Below are positions 40,970 through 51,138 of a stretch of DNA of 64,000 nucleotides, piece by piece. Within the stretch, counting starts at the first letter, position 1; the number at the start of each line of letters is the position of its first letter. The stretch is taken from contig CAVVHE010000004.1 of the NCBI GenBank assembly GCA_963748015.1, positions 928,001 through 992,000 of the forward strand. The letters run 5' to 3'. Position numbers and translations under genes: made by a program. Source of the DNA: Terriglobia bacterium. GTDB lineage: Bacteria > Acidobacteriota > Polarisedimenticolia > Polarisedimenticolales > JAIQFR01. The notes under the pieces were generated by a model. The model made no database searches, was not told the origin of the DNA, and saw nothing but the letters and a program-made list of their open reading frames with translations.

Positions 40970-43366
40970 GTGCCCCCCTCGACTCCGCCGCGGCTCCCCG
41001 CGGTTCCTCTTGCGATCGCGTTCGTAACCGGCGCCGCTCTCGAGCGCGCGCTGCCGTTCGAGCTCGCCGCCGCGGTTCCTCTGCTCGCGGCGGCGCTCGC
41101 GGGAGCGGCGTGGCTCGCGAGGGGGACGCGCCGGGGCCGCCCGGCGGTCCTCGCGCTCGTCGCGTGCGCCGGCCTCTTCCACGCCCAGCGGGAGAAGAGC
41201 GCCGCCGACGCGCGCATCGCCGGGTGGCTGCCGGCGGACGGCGCGCCGGTGGAGGTCCACTTCGAGGGGCGCCTGCTCGCCGCTCCGGAGCCCTGCGAAG
41301 ACGAGCGGCGCCTCCGGATCGAGGGCCGCCCGCACCTTCGCCCCGAGGCGCCGTTCGACTGCACGATCCTCCTCGCGGTTCCCGAGCCTCCTCCCGGCGC
41401 CGTGCCGCTGCTCGACGCGCTCCGGCGCGGAGACCGGGTCAAGGTGTGGTGCAGGCTGCGAAGACCGAGGCCTCCCGGAAACCCCGGCGAGGCCGATGTC
41501 CGCCTGGCGATCCTCGCGCGCGGCGTGGACGCGGTGGGCACGATCAAGAGCGCGCGAATCCTCGGACTCGTGGCAACGGGCCCGCCGGGCCCCGCGCGCG
41601 CTCTCGACGGGCTCAAGGTCGCGGCGCGGCGGCGCCTCTCGCTGGCCCTGGGCGGCGACCGGACGGCGAGGGCGATCGTCGGCGCGATGCTCCTCGGCGA
41701 TCAGGGGATGCTCGGCCGGGACGAGTGGCTTCTCCTTCGGGACTCCGGCCTCGTCCACCTCCTGTCGATCAGCGGCCTGCACGTCGGGCTCGCGGCCGCG
41801 CTGTTGCTGGCGGCGCTGCGGCGCATTCGCTTGACGAGGTGGGGCGCTCTGGCGGCGGCGTCGGCGGCTCTCGTCGCGCTCGCCGTGCTGGTCGGAGCGG
41901 AGCCTCCCGTGCTGCGCTCGGTGCTCACCGCGCTCCTCGCGCTGGCGGGCCGGGCGATCGGCCGCGAGAGCGAGCCGGTCAACGCGCTCGCCCTCGCCGC
42001 CGCCGCTCTCGTCGCGGCGCGGCCGGCGTACCTGTGGGACCCGAGCTTCGAGTTGACCTTCGCCGCGACCGCCGGGATCCTCACGCTCTCGCCGCGGATG
42101 GCCGCCGCAATTCCCGCCCCGCGCTGGATCGCGCTTCCGGTCGCGGTATCCGCCGCGGCGTACCTGGCCACCGCTCCCGTCACCGCCTGGCACTTCGGCC
42201 GGCTGTCTCCGGCGGCCCTCCTCTCGAACGTCGCCGCCGCGGCGCTGTGCGGGGCGGTGCTCGCTTCGGGAGCTACCGCGCTGCTGCTGGCCGGGATCCC
42301 GGCGGCGGGGCTTGCCGCCGCTCGACTCGCCGGATTCTCGGTCCAAGCCACGCTTGCGGTCGCGTCGGCCGCTTCGGCGGTGCCGGCCGCGGCGTTCCGG
42401 GTTCCGCCTCCGGGGATGATCCTCGGCGCGGCGTATGTCGCCTTGCTCGCGGCCGAGATGAGGTCGCGGCGGCCTCGAGTCCCGATCGGCCCCGCGCCGC
42501 GCTGCCGCAGGATGGGACTTCTCCTCGCGCTGGTCGGGATGCACCTCGGCCCTCCTCCTCCCGGGACGACGGGCGCTCTCGACGTCACGGTCATCGACGT
42601 CGGTCAAGGACAGTCCGTCCTGCTCCGCGGCCCGTCGGGGGGATTCGTGCTCGTGGACGCGGGAGGAACCGCGCGAGGGCGCTTCGACGCGGGGGAGAGG
42701 GTGGTCGCCCCCGTGCTCTCGCGGCTCGGGTGCCGCCGGGTCGATGTGCTGATCGTGAGTCACGACCACGACGATCATGCCGGAGGGGCCTTGGCGATCC
42801 TCCGCGAGTTCGAGGTCGGCGAGATCTGGATCGCGGCCGGAACTCCCCGCGAGGCGCGCGTGCTCGAGCTCGCGGCGGTGGCGGTCGAGCGCGGCGTCGC
42901 GGTCGTGCTCGCGGAAAGGGGATTCAGCGCCGTGCGCGCGGGTGCGCCGATCGAGGTGCTGCACCCTCCGAGGGAGAGCCCCGCGAGCGCTCCCAACGAG
43001 AGATGTCTCGTCCTGCGAGCCGGGCCTCCCGGCTCGCGCGTGCTGATCCCGGCCGATCTCGAATCCTCCGAGGAGGCGACGCTGCTGGCGTCGGGAGCGG
43101 AGCTCGCGGCCGACGCGCTGATCGTCGGCCATCACGGCGCAAGCCGCGGAACCGGGATCGCGCTCCTCGACGCCGTCCGTCCCCGCATCGCGGTGATTTC
43201 GGCCGGGCTCGGAAACCGCTTCGGCCACCCCGCGGCGTCGGTTCTGGCGAGGCTGCGCTCGCGGCGCGTTCCGGTCTACCGGACCGACCTCGACGGGCAG
43301 GTCCGCCTTCGCGGCGAGCCGGCCGGATTCTCCGCCGAGATCACAAGGAAAGCGGGAGGGGGATGA
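40970..43366 (+). CDS. comEC: DNA uptake channel ComEC/Rec2 with metallo-beta-lactamase domain
   Basis: RPPGNPG, GLVHLLSISGLHV, PSFELTF, DVGQG, SHDHDDHAGG, GHHG, NRFGHP, RTDLDG. Confidence 0.92.
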   Translation: MPPSTPPRLPAVPLAIAFVTGAALERALPFELAAAVPLLAAALAGAAWLARGTRRGRPAVLALVACAGLFHAQREKSAADARIAGWLPADGAPVEVHFEGRLLAAPEPCEDERRLRIEGRPHLRPEAPFDCTILLAVPEPPPGAVPLLDALRRGDRVKVWCRLRRPRPPGNPGEADVRLAILARGVDAVGTIKSARILGLVATGPPGPARALDGLKVAARRRLSLALGGDRTARAIVGAMLLGDQGMLGRDEWLLLRDSGLVHLLSISGLHVGLAAALLLAALRRIRLTRWGALAAASAALVALAVLVGAEPPVLRSVLTALLALAGRAIGRESEPVNALALAAAALVAARPAYLWDPSFELTFAATAGILTLSPRMAAAIPAPRWIALPVAVSAAAYLATAPVTAWHFGRLSPAALLSNVAAAALCGAVLASGATALLLAGIPAAGLAAARLAGFSVQATLAVASAASAVPAAAFRVPPPGMILGAAYVALLAAEMRSRRPRVPIGPAPRCRRMGLLLALVGMHLGPPPPGTTGALDVTVIDVGQGQSVLLRGPSGGFVLVDAGGTARGRFDAGERVVAPVLSRLGCRRVDVLIVSHDHDDHAGGALAILREFEVGEIWIAAGTPREARVLELAAVAVERGVAVVLAERGFSAVRAGAPIEVLHPPRESPASAPNERCLVLRAGPPGSRVLIPADLESSEEATLLASGAELAADALIVGHHGASRGTGIALLDAVRPRIAVISAGLGNRFGHPAASVLARLRSRRVPVYRTDLDGQVRLRGEPAGFSAEITRKAGGG

Positions 43367-44303
43367 ACGACAACACGAAGACGATCAGCAGCAGCAAGAC
43401 GCCGAGCCGCCGCGCGGGATCGAGGGGCGTGACCTCGTCCCAGAGCCTCGGATGGCGGTCGCGCATCAGCACGAGAACCACGCACCACACGGTGTACGCG
43501 GAGAGCGACCTGTACAGGATCGTCTGCGCGACGACGAAGACGATCGCCGCGAGGAGCGTGCCGCGGGCGACGAGCCGGTGGACGCGGCGCGAAAGAGCGT
43601 ACGCCGCGTGGCCGCCGTCGAGCTGCCCCACGGGGAAGAGGTTCAAGGACGTCACGAACATCCCGAACCACCCCGCGATGTAGACCGAATCGACGCCGAG
43701 GTCGGCCTCGCCGAAGAAGAGCTTCTCGATCGCCACCACGAGCAACGGCGAGCCGAACGAGATGCCGCCTTCGACGGACCCCGCGGGCATCGGCGTCGCG
43801 CGGAGCAGCCCCCAGATCAGCACGGGGAGCGAAACCGCGAAGCCGGCGAGCGGCCCGGCCGCCGCCACGTCGAAGAGGGCTTTTCGGTCCGGGATCACCC
43901 CCCGGATGCGGATGACCGCCCCGAACGTCCCGAACGGTGGGATTCCGGGGAGGAAGAAGGGGAGGGTCGCGGGAATGCCGTACCGGCGGCAGGCCAGGTA
44001 GTGCCCCATTTCGTGGCTCGTCAGGATCGCGAGCACGCACAGCGCGAAAGGAACCCCGGAAAGGAGGGCGCCCGGATGCAGAGCGAGATAGAGCGGGACC
44101 CCGGCGACGGAGGACAGGCGGTCGAACGCCCCTTCCCACATCGCGCCGGTCACGAGGAGCGTGAGAGCGGTGACACCGAACAGCGCCAGGTGGATCGTGA
44201 GGCGCGGGCCGCGCCCCCCCGGGGGCGGGAGCGTCCGCTGTCCGGGCTCCGGTGAGGCGCCCGGAAGGGGAAGCGGCGGCGGGGTGAGGGAATCTTGGTC
44301 CAT
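43341..44303 (-). CDS. Site-2 (M50) membrane zinc metalloprotease
   Basis: HEMGHY, GTFGAVI, AGPLAG, LNLFPVGQLDGGH. Confidence 0.9.
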   Translation of the reverse strand: MDQDSLTPPPLPLPGASPEPGQRTLPPPGGRGPRLTIHLALFGVTALTLLVTGAMWEGAFDRLSSVAGVPLYLALHPGALLSGVPFALCVLAILTSHEMGHYLACRRYGIPATLPFFLPGIPPFGTFGAVIRIRGVIPDRKALFDVAAAGPLAGFAVSLPVLIWGLLRATPMPAGSVEGGISFGSPLLVVAIEKLFFGEADLGVDSVYIAGWFGMFVTSLNLFPVGQLDGGHAAYALSRRVHRLVARGTLLAAIVFVVAQTILYRSLSAYTVWCVVLVLMRDRHPRLWDEVTPLDPARRLGVLLLLIVFVLSFIPLPLSL

Positions 44304-44508
44304 GCGGGATACCGGCCGGAGGAACGGGGACATCCCACCGGCCGAAAACGGAGTATATCAGTTGGGATGTCCGTTGACGGCGACGCCCCGTATCCGCAGG
44401 AGGACGAACGGGCCCGGTGTTTCGTTGAGCCCCGGGGCCTTCTTCCCGGTACGGAGGTTGCATGCCGTGAACCCGGGTTCATGTTCGGGCTGCGTGGAGG
44501 GACTCGCG

Positions 44509-45534
44509 ATGAGCCGCCAAGTTCTCCGCCTTTCGAGCGCGCTGGTCTTCGTCGTCGTCGTCGCGGCTTCGGCGCTGCCGAGCGAGTCGCGCAACGTGCC
44601 GTCGTCGGGACACTCCGGCGGCCACTCGTCCGGATCCGCAGGCTCGCGGGGGCATTCCTCCGCGCCGCCCCCATCCGGCGCACGCCATGTCCCCACGCGG
44701 AGCACGGCGGAGGCGAACCACGCCGGCGGCTACCACGGATACCCTTACTACCCGTACTATCCCTACTATTCCTACTACTGGGACTGGCCCTACTCCCCGT
44801 ACTGGTCGATGGGCGTCTGGTGGGGCTGGCCGGGCTACTGGGGCGACGGGTCGTGGTACGGCTACCCCGGAGGGTACCCCTCCGCGTATCCCGGTTACGT
44901 CGCGGAATTCCCGCAAGGCCCCGCGATCGTCGAGACCGGCGTGCTTCCGAAGAAGGCGCAGCTCGTCCTGGACGGCGAGGCGATCGGCGAGGCCCGGGAT
45001 TTCAACGGCCACTGGGACGTCCTGCAGCTCGAGCCGGGTCGACACACGCTTCAGTTCTCGGCGCCGGGCTACATGACCCTCGAGGTCGGCATCGAGGCGA
45101 GAGCGGGAAGGCACTACCGGCTCGACTACGAACTGCAGCGTGGGGAAGGTAAGGACGCGCGGTCGGCCACCGTCCTCGATGCCGCGACCGAGCCGCCTCC
45201 CGCTCCGATTGCCCCGGCGAGCCCCTCGGCGCCGGCTGGGCCCGCCACCCCGGGGGCGCCGGGCGAGCGGTCCGCGTCGACGATGAGGCGCGGTTTCCTG
45301 AAGGTCGTGGCGACCCCCGCCGACGCAGCGGTCTACCTCGACGGTGAGTTCCTCGGCAGCGCCGGCGAGCTCTCCCGCCTCCACGGCGCGATCCCGGTCG
45401 CCGCCGGAGAGCATCGGCTCGAGGTGGTTCGGCCCGGCTACGTGAGCCGCGTTACGGTCGTGACGGTGGGTGACGGCCAGCAGCCGGCGGAGGCCCGGAT
45501 CGACCTCGAGCGGGAGGGGCGGTCAGCTCTCTGA
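44509..45534 (+). CDS. Secreted PEGA-domain protein with Tyr/Trp/Gly-rich N-terminal region
   Basis: Signal peptide, YPYYPYY repeats, two PEGA-like units (PADAAVYLDGEFLG..GEHRLEVVRPGY). Confidence 0.75.
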   Translation: MSRQVLRLSSALVFVVVVAASALPSESRNVPSSGHSGGHSSGSAGSRGHSSAPPPSGARHVPTRSTAEANHAGGYHGYPYYPYYPYYSYYWDWPYSPYWSMGVWWGWPGYWGDGSWYGYPGGYPSAYPGYVAEFPQGPAIVETGVLPKKAQLVLDGEAIGEARDFNGHWDVLQLEPGRHTLQFSAPGYMTLEVGIEARAGRHYRLDYELQRGEGKDARSATVLDAATEPPPAPIAPASPSAPAGPATPGAPGERSASTMRRGFLKVVATPADAAVYLDGEFLGSAGELSRLHGAIPVAAGEHRLEVVRPGYVSRVTVVTVGDGQQPAEARIDLEREGRSAL

Positions 45535-45801
45535 GCTGAGGGAACGGAGGTTCTTGCCCGGCTTGAAGCGGATCGTCTTGCCGGGAGGAATGCGGACCTC
45601 CCTGCCCGTCCTCGGGTTGCGCCCGATTCCCTTCTTTCGCGGCTTGACCTGAAACACGCCGAAGCCGCGGAGCTCGATGCGCTCTCCCTGCATCATCGCG
45701 TTCTTCATCGTCTCGAAGACCGCCTCGACCGCCTCGACCGCCTTCACCTTGGTGATCTCGGCCTGCTCGGCGACCTTGTTGATGATGTCCGCCTTGATCA
45801 T
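45523..45801 (-). CDS. HU/IHF-family DNA-binding protein
   Basis: MIKADII..IELRGFGVF..GRNPRTG..IRFKPGK. Confidence 0.93.
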   Translation of the reverse strand: MIKADIINKVAEQAEITKVKAVEAVEAVFETMKNAMMQGERIELRGFGVFQVKPRKKGIGRNPRTGREVRIPPGKTIRFKPGKNLRSLSSES

Positions 45802-45830
45802 CCGGAGCCTCCACCCTCGGGGGTAGCGGT

Positions 45831-45859
45831 ACTTTACGAATCCGAGGGTGAGGTGTCAA
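45831..45859 (-). promoter_or_regulatory. Putative sigma70 promoter for the HU gene
   Basis: TTGACA-N17-TAAAGT on the minus strand. Confidence 0.65.
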
Positions 45860-45963
45860 GGGGAGTCCCCACGTAAGTCCACTTTTCTCCGGGATTTAGC
45901 GATGCGCCCCCTTGTGATCGGCAAGGCGGGCGTGCTACGGTTCCTCGGGAGAAACCGACCGAC

Positions 45964-47322
45964 ATGCCAGCCCCGCTCGTCGCCATCGTCGGCATTCCGA
46001 ACGTCGGCAAGAGCACGCTCTTCAACCGGCTGGTCGGCCGCCGCCAGGCCATCGTCAGCGACGAGCCCGGGGTGACCAGGGACCGCCTGTACGCCGAGGT
46101 CCGGTCCGCCGCGATCCCGTTCCGCCTGGTGGACATGGGCGGGCTGACGCCGGCCGGCGACGCGCCCCTGTCGCGGCAGATGCAGCGCCAGGCCGACCAC
46201 GCCCTCGCCGAGGCGCGGGCGATCCTCTTCGTCGTGGACGCTCGAGCGGGGCTCACCGCGGCCGACCGCGACGTCGCCTCCCGGCTGCGCCGAACGTCTC
46301 TCCCCGTCATCGTCGTTGCGAACAAGATCGACGTGCCGGCGCTCGAGTCGCTGACGGCCGAGCTACACGAGCTCGGGTTCGGAGAGCCCGTCCCCGTGTC
46401 CGCCGAGCACGGTCTCGGGATGGACGGACTCCTCGACGCCGTCGAGCGGGCGCTCCGTGGCGGGCTGGACGCCGGGGCGGGCGACGAGAACGGCGACGAG
46501 GAAGCCGCCGCGAGCCCGCTCGTCCGCGTCTCGATCATCGGCCGGCCGAACGTCGGGAAGTCCTCGATCTTGAACCGCCTCCTCGGCGAGGAGCGCGCCC
46601 TGGTCAGCGAGATCCCGGGAACGACCCGCGACGCGGTCGACACGCTCCTCGAACGCGAGGGGCGCCGGTACCTGTTGGTGGACACCGCGGGACTGAGGCG
46701 CCGCGGCAAGGTCCGGGCGGCCGCCGACTCGCTGTCCGAGATGCGGGCGCGGAAGAGCATCGAGCGCGCCGACGTGGCGATCCTCGTGCTGGACGCGGAA
46801 GAGGGGTTCGTCGCGCAGGACGCGCACATCGCCGGGTACGCGATGGAGTCCTCGAAGCCGATCGTGATCGCCGTGAACAAGTGGGATCGCCTCGAGCACC
46901 GGGAAGAAGCCGCCAAGGCCTGGGAGGCGGACGTGCGGCAGCGGCTCCGCTTCACCGCGGGCGTTCCGGTCGCGTTCATCAGCGCGCTCACGGGGCAGCG
47001 CGTTTCGAGGCTGCTCGCCCTCGTCGACGAGGTCCACGGCCAGGGAGGCCTCCGCGTCGCGACTCCCGAGCTCAACCGCTGGCTGCAGGAGGTGGCGAAG
47101 GCGGAGCGCTCCGCCCCCGCGCGCGGCAAGAGCGTCCGGCTGTTCTACGCGGCGCAGACCGGCGTGCACCCCCCGCGTTTCCTGCTCTTCTGCAACGACG
47201 CCCGGCACGTCCACTTCTCGCTGCGGCGCCACCTCGAGAAGAGCCTCAGGGAGCGCTTCGGGTTCGGTTGTGTTCCGCTGCATCTCCAGTTCCGCAGCCG
47301 GCGCGAGCGGACGCGCTCTTGA
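45964..47322 (+). CDS. der: Ribosome biogenesis GTPase Der/EngA
   Basis: Two G domains (GIPNVGKS..NKID; GRPNVGKS..DTAG..NKWD) plus KH-like C-terminus. Confidence 0.95.
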   Translation: MPAPLVAIVGIPNVGKSTLFNRLVGRRQAIVSDEPGVTRDRLYAEVRSAAIPFRLVDMGGLTPAGDAPLSRQMQRQADHALAEARAILFVVDARAGLTAADRDVASRLRRTSLPVIVVANKIDVPALESLTAELHELGFGEPVPVSAEHGLGMDGLLDAVERALRGGLDAGAGDENGDEEAAASPLVRVSIIGRPNVGKSSILNRLLGEERALVSEIPGTTRDAVDTLLEREGRRYLLVDTAGLRRRGKVRAAADSLSEMRARKSIERADVAILVLDAEEGFVAQDAHIAGYAMESSKPIVIAVNKWDRLEHREEAAKAWEADVRQRLRFTAGVPVAFISALTGQRVSRLLALVDEVHGQGGLRVATPELNRWLQEVAKAERSAPARGKSVRLFYAAQTGVHPPRFLLFCNDARHVHFSLRRHLEKSLRERFGFGCVPLHLQFRSRRERTRS

Positions 47323-48143
47323 CCGCGCGGCGGCCCGCCTGGCTGGGGTATCCCTGGAAGGCGCTCCGGAACTTCTTCCGGGACGGCTCGCTGGATCACG
47401 CGGCCGCGGTCTCGTACTACTCGCTCCTCTCCATCGCGCCGTTCCTCTACCTGGTCGGACTCCTCCTGAGGTGGCTCCTGCCGGGACACGACACCACGGG
47501 AGTCGCCCTCGCGCGCGTCACGGCGTTCGTGCCGCCGGAGCTGGGAACGACGGTCGAGAAGCTCGGGCGCAGCCTCCCCTCGAAGGACGGGATCGCCGTG
47601 GTGGCGATCCCGGCGCTCGCCTGGGTGGCGACGAGCGCGTTCACCACGCTCGAGGGGGCGGTCAACGTCGCCTTCGGCACGCTGCCGAAGCGGATATTCT
47701 GGCTGTCCAAGCTCAAGGCCTTCGCGGGAGCGTCCGGGGTGACGCTGCTCCTGATCGGCACGCTCGCCGCGAACAACGCCGCGGAGTGGCTCGATCACTA
47801 CCGCGCGAAGCTCGATCTCCCGCCGATCCTCGGCCCGGGAGCCGCTCGCGTGTCGTATCTCATCCTGCTGCTCTCGGCGTTCGTGTCGTTCGCGACCTTC
47901 TACAAGATCCTGCCGCGGGGAAAGATCCGATGGAAGAGCGCCGCGAGCGCGGCCCTGGTGGCGGTCGTGCTGTGGGACCTCGCGCGCCGCGTCTTCGCGT
48001 CGGTGCTGTTCCACTCGCCCGCGTTCGGCCTGCTGACCGGTACCCTCGCCGGTGTCGTCGCCGTGCTGCTGTGGGTTTACACCGCGGCCGCCGTCTGCCT
48101 CTACGGCGCCGAGCTCGCCGCCCTCCTGAACGGTAACCGCTGA
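47319..48143 (+). CDS. YihY/BrkB-family membrane protein
   Basis: AAAVSYYSLLSIAP, FYKILP, LLWVY..LYGAEL; TTG start overlapping the der stop. Confidence 0.8.
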   Translation: MTARRPAWLGYPWKALRNFFRDGSLDHAAAVSYYSLLSIAPFLYLVGLLLRWLLPGHDTTGVALARVTAFVPPELGTTVEKLGRSLPSKDGIAVVAIPALAWVATSAFTTLEGAVNVAFGTLPKRIFWLSKLKAFAGASGVTLLLIGTLAANNAAEWLDHYRAKLDLPPILGPGAARVSYLILLLSAFVSFATFYKILPRGKIRWKSAASAALVAVVLWDLARRVFASVLFHSPAFGLLTGTLAGVVAVLLWVYTAAAVCLYGAELAALLNGNR

Positions 48144-48182
48144 CACCGCCGGCGACGAGCGCCCGCCTCTCCCGGTCTTTGC

Positions 48183-48211
48183 TTGACCCTCCCCGGTGCG
48201 GGATATATGTT
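48183..48211 (+). promoter_or_regulatory. Putative sigma70 promoter for mglA-like gene
   Basis: TTGACC-N17-TATGTT. Confidence 0.55.
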
Positions 48212-48269
48212 CAGGACGGGTCCGGCCCTAGGTCCCGTGGTCCGCGATTCGCGGCGGGGGGAGCCCCAG

Positions 48270-50028
48270 ATGGTGCTTTTCAACTACTCGACGCGAGAGC
48301 TTACGGCGAAGATCGTCTACTACGGCCCCGGCCTTTGCGGCAAGACGACGAACCTGCAGTACATCCACGCCAACCTGCCCGACGGCGTGAAGGGCCGGAT
48401 GCTCTCGCTCGCGACGAAGACCGACCGCACGCTGTTCTTCGACTTCCTGCCGATCGACCTCGGCGAGATCCGGGGGATGAAGACCCGGGTGCAGCTGTAC
48501 ACCGTCCCGGGACAGGTCTTCTACAACGAGACCCGGAAGCTGGTGCTCAAGGGGGCGGACGGCATCGTCTTCGTCGCCGATTCCCAGGAACCGATGATCG
48601 GCGCCAACGTCGAGTCGTTCCGGAACCTCGAGGAAAACCTCCGGGGCCACGGCCTGCGGCTTCAGGACATGCCGCACGTCATCCAGTTCAACAAGAGGGA
48701 TCTCCCCAGGCTGGCCAGCATCGAGGATCTCAACTCGTCCATCAACCGGTACAACGCCCCCTTCTACGAGTCCGTCGCGACGACCGGAATCGGAGTGCAG
48801 GACACGCTCAAGGCGGTGGTCAAGCTCGTCCTCCTGCACCTCACCCGGAAATACGAGACCAAGACCGACCCCCGCGTGTCCGCCAAGGAGCGGGCGCCCC
48901 AGCCGGTCGCTCCCTCAGCGCCCGCGGCACCGCGTCCGATGCCGGCACCCGCCAGGCCGACCGCGGCAGCGCCGCCGAGGGCGCCGTTCGTCGATCGAGA
49001 ACGGTCGGCGCCTCCTCCGCGCGTCGCCCCGGACGTCGTCCCGGCGGCCGCCGCGGGAGTCCAGTCCATTCCTGTTTCCGGCTTCGATACGCCCCTGTCG
49101 CGACCCGCCGCGATCCCGCTCTCGCCGGAGTTCGACAATCCGGCCACCGGAACCCCTCGCGGGCCGGTGCCTCCTCCGCCCGATTTCCGTGGGCGGAAGG
49201 AGCCGGCGGCCGCCTCGGAGGCGGGCGGTCTTTCCTTCGACGCCGACGAGATCGAAGATCTGATGGACGAGGTCGACGACTTCCAGGAGCCCGCCCTGCA
49301 GGCGGATGACGTGGATTGGTTGCCGCCCCGGCCGGAAGGCGTCGAGCCGGCCCCGGTCGCCTGGAGGCACGCCGCGCAGCTCAGCTCCCGCTCCGGCTCC
49401 GCCGGTTCAGGCCGCGCCGCCGGTCCCGCTGGAGAACGCGTGGCTTCCGGAGGTCCCGATCACGGTGGAGCCCGGGCCCCTCGGGGAGCAACCGATCGAG
49501 ATCGTCGAGGAGGAGCAGGGCGAGGCCGCCGCGTGGCAGCCGGCGCCCGCCGCCGCGCGCGAGCCGCAGTTCGAGGTGGATCTCGGCTTCGATCCTTCGT
49601 GGCAGCAACAGTCCGAGCCCGAGGAGTTCGAGCCCGCCGGAACGCTCCCCGCCGCAACGGAGAGCGCCGAGACGCTCGAGGCGTCGGAGATCGTCCTGGA
49701 AGAGATCGAACCCGCCCCGCCGTTCGAGCCTCCGTTGGCCCTGCCGGAGGAAGACGAGCTCGAGGAGGAGCCGGTCGCGCAGTTCGACGAGGCGACCCCG
49801 ATACCGGTTCGGCACACGAACGAGCCTGCCGAGGCGCTCGACGACGGGACCGTCGTCCTCGAGGAGATCGCGGGGCGGGAGGAGTTGTTCCAAGATCCCG
49901 ACCTCGAGATCGCCCGATTCGCGTCCGGGGACTCCAAGGAGATCGTGGTCCCCGTGGAGATCGTCGAGGGCACGACCGTGCGGCGGTTCAAGCTGTCGCT
50001 CAGGCTGCGGCTCGATCCGCTCGACTGA
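48270..50028 (+). CDS. mglA: MglA-family small GTPase with long Pro/acidic C-terminal extension (apparent frameshift near 49360-49372)
   Basis: KIVYYGPGLCGKTTN, DRTLFFDFLP, YTVPGQVFY, VFVADSQ, NKRDL; first frame has no stop and degenerates, and a plausible tail continues in ORF 49306-50028. Confidence 0.8.
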
Positions 50029-50127
50029 GGCGCCTTGCACTCGCGCGCGCCCTCCATCCCGTGGACAATAGGGGTGCGCGCCCGCGCGAGGCGGCCGGTC
50101 CGTGGCGCGGCGCCTGGGCAAGAACCG

Positions 50128-51045
50128 ATGAGATCCGCCGTTCGCCTGACGCGCGTCGTGCTGTGGCTCTGCTGCGCCACCGGCTCGAGCTACGCCGCGG
50201 CGCCGAATCTCTACGAGTGGGTGGCCCCTTCGCCGCTGGTCGCGGCCGCCGAGATCCGCAACGACAGGGGAAAGTACACGGACTTCGAGCTCACCGACGT
50301 GCTCCGCGGCGCCGTGCCCCGTGGCACCCGCCTGATGGTCGACGTCAAGCGCGCGAACCGGGATCGCGACGAGGGACGCGCCGCGCTTCGTCTCGACCCG
50401 GACCGGCAGTACCTTCTCCTCCTCCAGCGGGACGACCGGCGCTCCACCGCCGAGCTGACGGTCTACGCGATCGTCCGGGGAATCGACGGCGTCCGGGAGC
50501 TGCCCGCCGAGGGTGCGCCCGCTCTCCTCGATGCGGTACGCCGATTCGTCGCGGTGCAGGACCGAAAGGACGAGATCGCGGCGTGGAAGTCGTTCCGCGA
50601 GATGCTCGAGGAGACGAACCCTCTGCTGCTCGAGACCGCCCTCGACCTCTTCGTCAAGTTCCGCAGGGGAGATCTGGCGCTGCTCCCGGTGCTCCGTCCC
50701 ATCCTCGAGCACCCGCGCCCCGATCTCCGCGTCCGTACCGCGCGCCTCGTCGGACAGATCGTCGAGCACCGGGCCGAGGGGGACATCCCCGACGACGTCG
50801 GCATCCTCGCCGAGCTGTACGGCCGCGCGCGGCGCGACGAGGCCGTGGAGGTGCGCGTCGCCGCGACGAGCGCGGTCGGAGGGATCGAGGGACAGGGGCC
50901 CGAGGAGATCCTCCGGGAGATCGCGCGGTCGGACCCGGAGCAGGCGGTCCGGTTCGAGGCGAAGAAGCTGCTCTACGAGCGGAACGCGGCCCCGCGCCCC
51001 GAGCAACCGGCAGAGAAGACAGCTGGTCCGGAGATCAAGAAATAG
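50128..51045 (+). CDS. Exported protein with C-terminal HEAT-like repeats
   Basis: Signal-peptide-like N-terminus; DEAVEVRVAA, DPEQAVRFEA repeats. Confidence 0.65.
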   Translation: MRSAVRLTRVVLWLCCATGSSYAAAPNLYEWVAPSPLVAAAEIRNDRGKYTDFELTDVLRGAVPRGTRLMVDVKRANRDRDEGRAALRLDPDRQYLLLLQRDDRRSTAELTVYAIVRGIDGVRELPAEGAPALLDAVRRFVAVQDRKDEIAAWKSFREMLEETNPLLLETALDLFVKFRRGDLALLPVLRPILEHPRPDLRVRTARLVGQIVEHRAEGDIPDDVGILAELYGRARRDEAVEVRVAATSAVGGIEGQGPEEILREIARSDPEQAVRFEAKKLLYERNAAPRPEQPAEKTAGPEIKK

Positions 51046-51068
51046 CGAGCGAACCACCGGGATGCGCG

Positions 51069-51097
51069 TTGACGCGGCCCGGACCGCTTCCTATGAT
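51069..51097 (+). promoter_or_regulatory. Putative sigma70 promoter
   Basis: TTGACG-N17-TATGAT. Confidence 0.65.
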
Positions 51098-51138
51098 GGC
51101 GGCGAGCGAGCGACGGCGGCTCCGGCGGAGAAGGAGCG

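Noticed and set aside
43341..45534. Short convergent 3' overlaps (comEC/M50 protease 26 bp; PEGA/HU 12 bp)
   Set aside because: Common in compact GC-rich genomes; no evidence of function.
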